DNA of 64,000 nucleotides, from the NCBI GenBank assembly GCA_965112735.1, contig OZ218952.1, positions 3,968,001 to 4,032,000 of the forward strand, in the 5' to 3' direction. Below, in pieces: positions 12,683 to 32,105 of the stretch (positions are counted from its first letter, which is position 1; every line of letters begins with the position of its first letter). The notes under the pieces were generated by a model. That model was given only the letters and a program-made list of their open reading frames with translations. It ran no database searches and was not told where the DNA came from. Source of the stretch: Phaeosaccion multiseriatum. Lineage: Eukaryota; Protista; Ochrophyta, other classes. Made by a program: the position numbers and the translations under genes.

Positions 12683-14635
12683 ATGCAAAATGATGGAGGA
12701 GACTGGACTTTGGTGCAGAGAAAGGGGGCAGCAGCAGGCGCCCGGAGTACCGGGAGAAGGGTGGGGGGGAAGAAAAGAGGGAGGGCTCCCCGACCATCGT
12801 CGTCGGGCATGGCAGACATGCTACACGAGACGGCACCGGTGGACCACGACGGCCCTTCCCGGACGGTCGACCCGACAGAGGTAGAGAGGCTCATCCACGT
12901 GATTGGCACCGTGCACGCTTCGCTGCTGAGGAGCACGTTTTGGGCACGAGTGGAGAGTGCCCTTCGGAGGATGCTGTGTGGGACAGAGGAGAGATCAGGG
13001 TCGGCTTCTGAGTCCTCTGCTCTGTCTTCACCCTCGAAGGCAGATGAAGGGCACGGGGGGTGGAATTGTAATGGTGCTGGCTCGCTTGAGAATCAGGTTC
13101 GCTGTCGGAGCGACTTGGGGGCGGAACTTGGCCTCAGCAGCACCCCCCCTTGCTCTCACTACCATGCAGCAGAGCAGAGCGTGCACCTGGTTTGTTATGG
13201 CATCGGCAGCCTCAGTGAAGGACACAATGCTGTGTACCAGTTTGCAGCCTGCTTGGGCCTTCGCGACCTCCTGCTGCTCCACTCCTTACCACCACCTGGA
13301 GCTGCAGCAGCCGTCGCTAGCCCGAGAGAATCAGGCACACAGCGTCCGACGGAAAGTCGAGTCGGGGGGGTGATTCCCACGGTCTCAGAGTCAGGGCAGG
13401 GGCAAGGGCAAGGGTTAGGGGTAGGGCTGGCGCACATTTCACAGGCAGCTGCAGCAGCAGCAGCAGTAGCAGCAGCTGCAGCAGCAGCAGGAGGAGGAGG
13501 AGGAGGAGGAGGAGGAGGAGGAGGAGGAGGAGGAGGAGGAGAAAGAGGATTGTCAGGACCATCATCAGAAAAGGGGAAGGGCAGCGAGCCAGGAAATGTC
13601 TTACTGCCCCTCATTTACGACCCTGTCCTCTCTGCCACCGATCGGGCCGTGCTGCAGCGTTTTGGGTTCGGAGTGACCCCCAACAACGAGCTCGGCAAGA
13701 GGACGGTGGGGCGGCAACGCACTCTCTTCTTCATGCCGCACTGCCCCCTCTGGATGTACAGTAACGTCCTCAAGGCGAATTGGGGGTGGGGAGAGGGAGT
13801 AGCAGCCGCAGTTGGTGCTGCAACAGGCCCTGCTCGACGAACTTCGGAGGGTGGCGATGACAGCAGTAGTGGTAGCAGCTGTGGACGCAATGATGGTGAT
13901 GGTGGTGGAGGTGATCGTGGTACATCCACAGATGGCGACGACCCTCAGGCTGCTTCCAATTCCAAAATCCCTCCTCCTCCATCATCACCACCACCACCCC
14001 ACCCCGGAAGCCCCCCTCCCCGGCTGCTTAGCTCTGTGCTGCTCTTCGGCAACAGCATCAGCGGATACAACGATCGAATCCTCGACACGGCCGTGCGTGA
14101 GGGAGTGGCTAAGCCTCTTCTCTCGTGCCTGCCCTTCTTGGAGGAGGAACAGGTCGTCGTGGACGAGAAGGCGGACGAGCGAGGTGAGGGGGTGAGGGCG
14201 TTGAGGGGGTGAGGGGGTGACGGGTGAGGGGTGAGGAGAGAGGGGTGAGGGAATGAGGGGTGAGGGAATGAGGGGTGAGGGGTGAGGAGTCAGGGGGTGA
14301 GGGTGAGTGAGAAGGGACTGAGGGGTGAGGGATGAGGGGTGAGGGGATGAGGGGTGAGGGGGTGGGCCTTCGGGCTTGGGGAAGGGAGTGAGGCCTGAGT
14401 TGGGGAAGAGGGTAGACTTCGTGGGCAAGTGGGGGGGTGAGGGAATGGGGACTGTGAGAGGGGTCGTGAGTGAGTGAGTGGATGAGTGGAGTGAGTGAAT
14501 GAGTAAGTGAGTGAGAGAATGAGGGCGGGAGTGAATGCGCTGAGTTGAGTTGAGTGAGTGAGTGAGTGAGTGAGTGAGTGAGTGAATGAGTGGGTGAGTG
14601 GGTGGAGTGTTTCAGGTGTGAGCGACTGAGTGATC

Positions 14636-14683
<48 letters not shown>

Positions 14684-14880
14684 TCTTCTCTTACTCTGGC
14701 TCTCTGTGCTCACTTTGCACCTGCGCAGCACTGCCCCATATCTACAAAGCGTTTCACGACCTCTCCTTCATGCACTTCAAACAAGAGCGCATCGAGGCTG
14801 AAGCTCACAGAGAGGCGTTTCGTACCCTTCCACTTCCAACCCCCTCGCCCCCCGCACCCCCTCATCCCCCTATCCCTTGA
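12683..14880 (+). CDS. SRR1: SRR1-like protein (SRR1/BER1 domain), two exons (~12683-14183, ~14730-14880)
   Basis: SRR1 family motifs LVCYGIGS, YQFA, IYDPVLS, NELGKR, TLFFMPHCPLWMYSNVLKANW, LFGNS and AFHDLSFMHF, separated by long Gly/Ala/Pro insertions. Confidence 0.9.
14183..14600 (+). repeat. (GGGTGAG)n and (GAGT)n arrays starting at the SRR1 intron donor
   Basis: Repeated GTGAG units from the donor onward. Confidence 0.85.
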
Positions 14881-15193
14881 GACGGTAGGGAGGGCAGGCG
14901 GAGCCGCAGGAGGCAATAGAAAGCCCACTTATGGCAGTTGACAGCCCGCTTAACTTATGGCAGTTGACGGGTGTGTGATGTATATCATGTATATATACAG
15001 TTTTTTTTTCCTCGTTTGCCCATGCTGCCAATGAAACAAGGCAAGAACAGAATGAATTATGTAAGGCGATGATAAGGATTGACAGCAGATTCATTCGTAG
15101 TGTCATTTCTCATTTCGCTTATGCCATTCTCATGTCCGCTACAAGCGATTCCCTTACTTCCCACTACTCGCGTGCGCCCCCCCCTCCTCCGCC

Positions 15194-18100
15194 TCAGCTG
15201 TACTCCCACGCCCATGCCACCACGCCTCCCCCCGCCCCGCTCCCGCCTACTGAGTCCACCTCATCCCCCCCCACTCCCCCGCCTGCCCCTCCCGATCGGA
15301 GGGACACCATTCTGGCGGAGAAGCGGTCAGGATCGTCAAGTCGCATCGTGCCAACTCGATTGTCAAAGTAACCGCCATTCGCCGCCTCTACGTCACCCGA
15401 CACCCAGACCGCCCGCCCCTCATTCACCACATGCATGAGCCAGGTTACCATCTTGACACCTCCCCCCCACACCATATTCCCCTTGGACACTACACGTGCA
15501 TTGCCTCGCAACTCGCCCCCTTGCCATAGGAAGGTCCCGCCCTGTCGAACAGTCATTTCCGACCGGGTGTCGTCCGGCTCTCCTGTCTCTGTTTCTGTGT
15601 GCAGGCGGCTCGGGGAGACGGTGGAGAGCAGCGCTGATGCTACACTACCCATGTCTCTGAAACGCACCATCCCTTCGCCTTGGACCCACAGGAGGGCGCC
15701 GATGGCAACAGACACGTGCACAGCCTCAAAATCAAGCTGCCCATACTCCTGCACATGAACCCCGCACGTGAGATTGAGCGAGTGCCCCGAGTAATGCACA
15801 ATCGCGTCACCGGTCACGCGTACGAGAGGAGAGATGTCGTCGGGGAGGTAGTGTGACCCCGACCGGAATTCAAGCACCCCTCCCTGCCCGGTGATGACCG
15901 TTTCTGCTGGGTCCGGGGTGAAGGTTCCGGCGCTGAAGCGAAGAAACGTTCCGTTTCGCATGTTGTGCCGCGCTGATCCCATTGGAGTGATGGTTGCATC
16001 CCAGTCCACAAGAGGGTCGGAAGAAGAAGAAGTGGAACAAAGTCCCCCCTGATCCTCCTCCTCCTCCATCGGAAAGACAATGGTGCCATTGCCTCGCCCA
16101 CCTCCGTACATCTCCATGTCCCCTCCCTCCTCCACGGTAATCTCGCCCCCGGCCAGGGTCAGATACATACCCACTCTCGCCGTGCTGTTGCTCGTAACCG
16201 TCAAGGAGCCGCCGTCGGAGAGAAGGAGCTGCGGTGCGTGTCTACACGACTCTTCGTCGAGGAGGATGGCATCGCTTGTGACAGGGTTCCACACGAGACC
16301 GTGCCACGCTGTCCTGTCCTCTGCCTCTCGCTGAAGGAGGTTGGCGAGCAGGGTGTCGTACCTGCTTAGTGTTGGTGTTGGTGGTATGAGGGAGTGTGTG
16401 TCAGTTGTGAGTTGTGAGTCGTGAGGTGTGAAGTGTGTTGGTGCTGGTGTCGGTGTCGGTTCTCAAGTTGTCAGTTTTCAGTTTGTATGAGCTTCGAAGC
16501 TTCTCCAAAGGAGCAGCGTGTTGGTTGTATGCAGAGGCTGTGGTGTTGTTAGAGGTTGGTGTACGCATTCGGAGAGTTCTCGGCGGGCACTGAGGGGCAG
16601 GGCCGGGCAGTCAGGGGGGAAGGGGGGGACGAGGAGGACGAGGAGGAGCAGCAGAAGGAGGAGCAGTAGTCGTAGCAGTAGCGCCATCGCCCCCATGACA
16701 CGGAAGGCACTATAAGGCTCTCTGGACTTGCAACTGAGGGGCCGACTCACGCACCCCCTCGACCACTTCTGAGGCTTGCTGCTTGTTGGCACACACGCCC
16801 CCCCTTAGGGGCCCATCTACCCACCCATCCATCCACCCTCTTGTGGCTTGTCCTCGCACCCACCTCTCGTCTTCTCCGCCTTTGATGTAACCGAAGGTGT
16901 GATTGCCGCTGACACTGACGTTGAAGCTCCCCTCCACGACGACTGCGGCGTTGTCGGTCACGAGGACATCGCCCTCGCTCCACACACCCACACCCTGCAG
17001 CAGCAGCCGAGCTCCATGCCTGGCGAGAGAGAGAGAGAGGGAGGGAGGGGGAAGGGGGGGTGAGAGAGAGGGGAAGAGAGAGGGGGGGAGAGAGAGGGGT
17101 AGAGACACACACACACGCACATACCGAGAGAAACCCACGCGTTTGGATACATGGGTGGGTGGATCGAGCAACAAGCAGCAATGAGGAGAAGCAAGCGGCA
17201 GCTAGTCAAGCATTGAATGGGGGGATTCCACCCTGCCCAACTGGCCAATCGCTTCCTCAGGCCTGCCTGCCTCCCCCCCCCCCCTTCTGCTCGCGCTCTC
17301 GCGGACTCTCGTCAACCCCGCTCCACCACGCCTCACTCCCTCGCCCTCCCTCTCCCTCTCACTTACGTCAAGTGGCTGATGCCACCGCCTTCAAAGCGTA
17401 GCCCCGCCCCTTCGCCCACAACAAGAGTCGCCCCCCCCTCCACGCCCCCCCCCCCTGTATCAAACACAAGGCTTTCTGAAACGTCCAGTCTCGGCTCAGA
17501 GCCAGCGCGGGCCGTGGGCATCCTCACCACGCCCTCGTTCGACAGCTTCAGTCGCTGGAGGGTGGAGTTGAAGCCTCCTGATGCGGTGCTTCCGATCTGA
17601 TCGAGGAGGGAGTGGGTCTGTGCTGATGAAGAGGGGGACGCATCGCAATGTTTGGCGACGATGTCATTGTCGGAGAACCACAAGTCGACGGCATTCTGAC
17701 TCGCGGCGTCGGCACCTGTTGATGCCGGTGAGGAGAACGATTATTGCCCAACAGTTAGAATCAACTCCAGTAGCTCAAGCACCCCCTTCCTTCCTCCCTC
17801 CCTCCCTCCCTCCCTCCCTCCCTCCCTCCCTCCCTCCCTCCCTCCCTCCCTCCCTCCCTCCCTCCCTCCCTCCCTCCCTCCCTCCCTCCCTCCCTCCCTC
17901 CCTCCCTCCCTCCCTCCCTCCCTCCCTCCCTCCCTCCCTCCCTCCCTCCCTCCCTCCCTCCCTCCCTCCCTCCCTCCCTCCCTCCCTCCCTCCCTCCCTC
18001 CCTCCCTCCCTCCCTCCCTCCCTCCCTCCCTCCCTCCCTCCCTCCCTCCCTCCCTCCCTCCCTCCCTCCCTCCCTCCCTCCCTCCCTCCCTCCCTCCCTC

Positions 18101-18584
18101 CCTCCCTCCCTCCCTCCCTCCCTCCCTCCCTCCCTCCCTCCCTCCCTCCCTCCCTCCCTCCCTCCCTCCAACACCCACGCGCCCGCGCATGCATGCACCC
18201 ACGCACCCACGCACCTGCAAACCAGAGCACACCCCTGCCTTCCACGTGTGCGGACGTAAAGTTGCATTGGCTCTGCAGACAGAGAGCATGGGCACCGGAC
18301 TGCACCGATAGAGCGGTGGATACAGAGGTGGGCAGCAGGTAACTCCCGCCTGAGCATGCACAACAACAGCCCGAGCCGAGGCACAACAACAACCCGAGCC
18401 AAAGGGGCACGGGGCACGGGCAGGGAGGAAGAAGAGCGAGAGGGGGCGTGAGAAGGGGTGGGAATCAGCGGGGTTCGGACGGGATGAGGAGCTCTAGTCG
18501 AGAGAAAGAGAGAGAGAGAGCGAGAGAGCGAGAGAGAGAGAGGGAGGGGGGGAGGGAGGGAGAAGAAAGGGGAGGCGAGAACAG

Positions 18585-18657
<73 letters not shown>

Positions 18658-20284
18658 CACGCCCGTCCGTCCGTCCACCGGCCCGCCCGCCCGCTCTCCC
18701 GCACCCGTGCCCAATGCGCATGCACGCATTACAATCGCACGCACACACGCACCATCTGCAAAAGCAAGCGTCCCCTCTCCTGTGACGGGGGCATTGGCAG
18801 CGGGCAGAAGCAGCGTAACGGCCACTTCACTTTGTACTACACATCGGTCACTGGCATAAACAGACGAGTTGCCGTTCGTGCCGCACCCCCTCGGGATAGA
18901 ACCGTGATACACGAGGTCTCCGACGACAGATGCGCACCCACACGAGGAGGAACCCGAGCACGACACCGTGAGGGTGTTGGAGGAGGTGGTTGGGGCTTCA
19001 TCGAAGGTTATGCGGTACCTGAGGGGAGGGGAGTGGCAAGTACTTTGGTTACACACACTCACTCACTTCACTCACTTTTTGACTCAACTCATTTCACTCA
19101 TAACGCACTTCACTCACTCACTCACTCACTCACTCACTCACTCACTCACTCACTCACTCACTCACTCACTCACTCACTCACTCACTCACTCACTCACTCA
19201 CTCACTCACTCACTCACTCACTCACTCACTCACTCCCTCACTCACTCACCGAAAGCCGTAACCCCAGCTCTTCCTGGTCACTCTCCCGCTCCTCACCACC
19301 TCCACCCCACCCGCATCATTCGAAACCGTCGAAACCGTTTCCAAGGCCTCCTGGATGCGTTCAGCGGAGGCGTTGAAGGGTATACACGGCGACTCCTCCC
19401 CACCGAAGCTGAGGCGATAGTGACCCGTCTGCGCTGCTACTTCTCCGTCCTCCTCCTCCCCTTCATCCTCCTGCTCCTCCTCTAGGGGCACATCTTCCCC
19501 TGTGACTGCCCGGTCCGCGCCCACCGATAGCAAGTACACTGCCCTCGTAGAGAAGGCGAAGGAGCCGTTGCTCATTGTTACGTTGGCTCCTGCGCCCACG
19601 TCTAGCGAAGACCCCGCCCCGCTGTAGCCCCCACCTCCGTCCTGGAGTGTCAGGTTGCCGTTGACTACCATCTGCCCGCCTGCTTCATTCCACAGCTGCC
19701 ACGCCGACAGGGTGACAGAGGCACCGGCGGCCACCTCCAGGGTAGCGCCAGCGTCATTCCGCAGCAAGGGTACACCGGCAGCGGCTCCACCACTATCATC
19801 CTCGCTTGCTTCAGTGGACATTCGCCCCCCTCGGGTCGTGGCGAACCCTTTATCATCCTCGCGGGATGTGAAGCGGGTCGGAGCTCCTGTGGTTGAGTGG
19901 TGATGAGAGTGGGTGTGATTGGATTGGAATAGGATTTGGATTTTTGTGGGTTTTTGTGAGGTGGAAGGTGGGAGGTGGGATCTTTTGGGCGCATGTGGTT
20001 GGTGCGGTGGCAATAGAGGCACACGTAACCCAACCCACCCACCCACCGTCAGAGCTCGCCAGCAGGGTGATGGTGGCCCAGTTATCCAGGCCAGCCCCTC
20101 CGTAGCCGATGAGCTCTTCGGCCGAGATGTCCAAGGAGCCCAAGTTGACGAGCGTTACAGAATCAAGCAGCCCCACTGAGCTGCCGGAGATGGCCCCTGG
20201 CGCACAATGGGAGGGGGTGGAGGGAAAGTGGGGAGAGTGAGAAGAGTGAGGCCTGGGTTGCCAGCCTGCCTGCCTGCCTGCCCG

Positions 20285-20347
<63 letters not shown>

Positions 20348-22353
20348 ACCTGCCTGCCTGACTACCTTCCTTCCTTGACTGACTGACCGCGCCGCTCACT
20401 CACCACTTGTGCTGCTCACCACCCGTCCAGCCCCCACCAGGGCACCCCCTGTTATACTGAGCGAGTCGGACACCGTGAGGGTGTGGGAGGTGGTGCTGAG
20501 GTGCTGCTGGCATATGTAAGGGAGTGCCGTGTCGCAGCGCTGGTCATTCCATCGAGGCTCCACCTAAGGAGCGACGGCAGCAAATGGATGGCAGAGCAGA
20601 GGGCAGAAAACAGAGCAAGAAGTGGTGAGAGAGGGAGGGAGAGAGGGCGATTGACTGCTGGGGTGGGAGAGAGAGAGCGAGCGGGACAACACACTCACAC
20701 GCTACCATCCGCTACCATCCGCTACATCAACACCAATGGAGAGGGGTCCCACTCAGCACATCGCACCCCCCCTGTCCTGACACCCCGTCTGTCCTGACAC
20801 CCACGCACCTGAGAGGCGTGCAGCCACCTCGTCGCTCGCATCGTGGCACAGTGCTCTCCTGCCCCTCGAGTACTTATTCCCTCTCCGACCGCAGCCCCCG
20901 CCGTGCTATTGCTGGGCTCCCTCCGACCCCAGGCCCGATACGTAACGTCAGTTTCGAGCGCCCCCTGCCCGTCCCACATCCAATCACCACTGCTGGATGC
21001 ATCGCCGTCGCGTGGAGAGCACGACAGCGAAGAAGAAGAAGAAGAAGAAGACACTGACGACGATGCCTGCTCTGGGGACGACCCGTATTGCCGTTTCATT
21101 TCTTCTCCTGCTGTGCCCTCCCAGCCGGCCCCGGGTCTCGCGAGGCCTATCCAAACGTCTCTGTGTAAGACGTCGCCTCTGGCAAGGCGCCCCACCCACT
21201 TGTTCTCCGAGACGGACTCGATGCCCACGAGAGAGGCGATGGAGGCCTCTGTTTGGACAGCGGACGAGCGCTCGTTCAGCGACAAGGAGCAGGAATGGCT
21301 GCTGCCACTCTCCTCTCCTCCAGTGTCCTCCTCTTCGAGACTGCGAATGAAGGCTGAAGAGATGCCGATACGACCCCCTCCGACGCCGAACGCCCCACCA
21401 CCCGGCCCCCTCGCGGCCCCGTGTGCTCGACACGCCCGCGCGGCTTGGTCCCAGGGGAGGGGGGGCGATTCAAAGAGCCTGTAGCACTTGCCATTGCCGT
21501 CGCTGCCGCTGCTGCTGTCACTCATCGCCGGGAAGGGACTCCAACCCTTGGAGCAAGCACTTTCGGCGGTGACGATGGCTCCCCCCTCCTGCGTGAGCGA
21601 AGAAAGGGTAACGTCACTGCTGAGTACCACAAAGCCACTGTCGCTGGGTATAGTGACTGTATCGTCCGAATCCCCCGTGCCTGTGTAAGGCACGCTCCCC
21701 TCTTCCCAGTTGGCGGCATCTTCCCACAGCCCGTACGAGAGCAAAGAGGAGCAGTTGGTAGTCGTGTCCGAGGCGTCGCCAGGCCCCAACAGGGTCACGT
21801 CGAGGGCGAAGGTGGTGTTAAAGACGAGCTCGTAGGTATAGCCATGCGACCAACCGGTGGAGCCGTTGCCACTGCGAGTGACGGAGACGACTGAGTAGTT
21901 TCCGGTGCTTGTAAAGTCGTCGTTGCCATAGACGGTGCTAGAGCTGGATGTGTCAATGTTTTCCAGGGACGATTCTCGGAGCAGGTGATTCGTCGCAGAC
22001 GTCAGGGCCGCCGCGACGCCATCTGCAGACTCCCCATAGGCCAGGCAAGTGGTATTGGTGCTTTGTGCGCTGCTGTCGCCCAATTGGAATCGATAGTGTC
22101 CTGCTGTCGCCGCTGCCGCCGCTCCATCTGAGGCTTCAATCACAGAGGGCGGGAGGATCTGCCTGGCAGCTTGCTGCACCAGAGACAGGGTAGTGACTAC
22201 GTATCCACTGCTCAGGGCTCCAGTGGTACTGTCCACGCTCAACGTAATGCTCGCATTGTCCGACTTCCAGTTGAAGGAGCCACCGGCCTCCGCCAAGGAT
22301 GAAATAGAAGAGTGGGGAGCACCACGGAAGCTCAAGTTAACCAGAAAGCTCAT
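15194..22353 (-). CDS. Large multi-exon protein with a C-type lectin domain, two 'GHYR.....TC/PC..ASA..V..AL' repeats and Gly-rich beta-helix/passenger-like repeats; start uncertain
   Basis: CTLD motifs CSKGWSPF, KCYRLF, WDQAARAC, LVGIESVSEN, VWIGL, WGRREPSN, EHCATM and, in the next exon, WNDQRCDTALPYICQ. Also WEDAANWEEGSVP...DDTVTIP and a C-terminal FLWQGGELRGNARV...VVNEGRAVWVSGDV. The exons are separated by microsatellite introns. Confidence 0.75.
17790..18168. repeat. (CCCT)n tetranucleotide array in an intron
   Basis: Perfect array ~380 bp. Confidence 0.95.
19110..19248 (-). repeat. (GTGA)n array starting at an intron donor
   Basis: Plus strand (CACT)n. On the minus strand it reads GTGAGTGAGTGA... 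directly after the exon ending WGYGF. Confidence 0.9.
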
Positions 22354-23061
22354 TGCAGAGATCTGCAGCCGCCTTCTGCTCTGGAAAGGCCTTGCGCGCT
22401 TCCTCCCCAGCAGCACCCTGCCCCTGCCCGACGAAGCCCCTCCCTCGCTCCCTCTTCTTCCTCCTCCATCTCTATCCTTCTCCGAGCTCCTACTGCAGCT
22501 CCTGCTGCCACTACTGCACATGAGCTCCATGAGTAGCCAGTCGGGAAGCGAGCGGAAGCACAACGGTTCGCGCCTGCCCAATAGTAAAACAGTTACAGAA
22601 AATTGATGGCAGCCTACGGCACTACGACTGCCGCCCGCAACAACATGGCAAAACATGCAGTTGCTGATCTGAGGGGAGCTGTTGGGCCGGGATAGGGCAG
22701 TGCTCAAGTGCAAAGGCGGAGTTCGATCGAAAGGGGGGTGGAACAGTGGTTTCGAGAGCTGAAAGGCTCAGGAGAGGAAAGGAGCTGAAAGGCTTTCCTC
22801 AGGACCAAGAAAGCAAGAGGGGGGAGGAGCCAGCTTTCCTCGGGCTTGTGGACCGGCAAAATGGCGATGACATCACCGGACCGCAGCACAGCCTTAACGC
22901 CGGACCGGGCTACCAGCAGGACATTCAGGAGAGCACGAGGGGGGAGCAAGCGTGGAAAGAACGGCGCCAGGGTCGACCACTCAGCCGCCGGAAATGCAGG
23001 AGTTGTGAGAGGAGGACGAGGAGGAGAAGGAGGGGGGCGATGGTGCGGGGCTGAGCTCGAC

Positions 23062-31376
<8,315 letters not shown>

Positions 31377-31394
31377 TACGTAGTACGTAGTAGC

Positions 31395-31605
31395 GAGGAG
31401 GCGGAGGAGGAGGAGGAGGAGGAGGAGGAGGAGGAGGAGGAGGAGGAGGAGGAGGAGGAGGAGGAGGAGGAGGAGGAGGAGGAGGATGATGATGAGGAGG
31501 AGGAGGAGGAGGATGATGAGGAGGAGAGGGGGGAGGAGGAGGAGGAGGAGGAGGAGGAGGAGGAGGAGGAGCAGGAGGAGGAGGAGGAGGAGGAGGAGGA
31601 GGAGA
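31395..31605. repeat. (GGA)n array downstream of the CCDC81-like stop codon
   Basis: Directly visible. Confidence 0.9.
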
Positions 31606-32105
31606 GGGGAGAGGGGAGGGGGAGACGGGGGAGGGCTAGGACAGTGCGGTCGGTTGGTTGGTCGGTCAATAAAGCAAGTGTAGCGACGGTACGATCGAAG
31701 TTTAGGGTGGGAGAGGATGAGAAAAGGGACGAGGAGGAGAGGAGGAGAGGAGTAGAGCGAGATAGAAGACAAGACGGTTACGCCAAGACTCTCGAGTAGT
31801 GAGAGAAACAGGCTGGCAGCCAGCCAGCCATTCCTTGGTTGCTTGGGTATGGGTAGAAAGGGAGGGGGAGAGGGAGAGAGAGAGGGAGGGAGGGAGGGAG
31901 GGAGGGAGGGAGGGAGGGAGATCGGTAGGGGAGGAGCTGCTTTCCTCGGTGGCGGCTCCCTTCAGTTTATTACGTAATGATAATGGCATGTGCCATGTTA
32001 AGGTGACCCTAGTAATCTTACTTGGAACTACGAAAACTTACGTCTATGTACTTATGTATGTTGCGCTGTACTAGACTCATGTGTATGCTCTACTCACGCA
32101 CCTTA

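Noticed and set aside
17581-19485. ORFs with (PPSL)n, (EGGR)n and (THSL)n repeats; similar ORFs at 23842-24873, 27401-28706 and 29052-30212
   Set aside because: Translations of intronic tetra- and heptanucleotide microsatellites.
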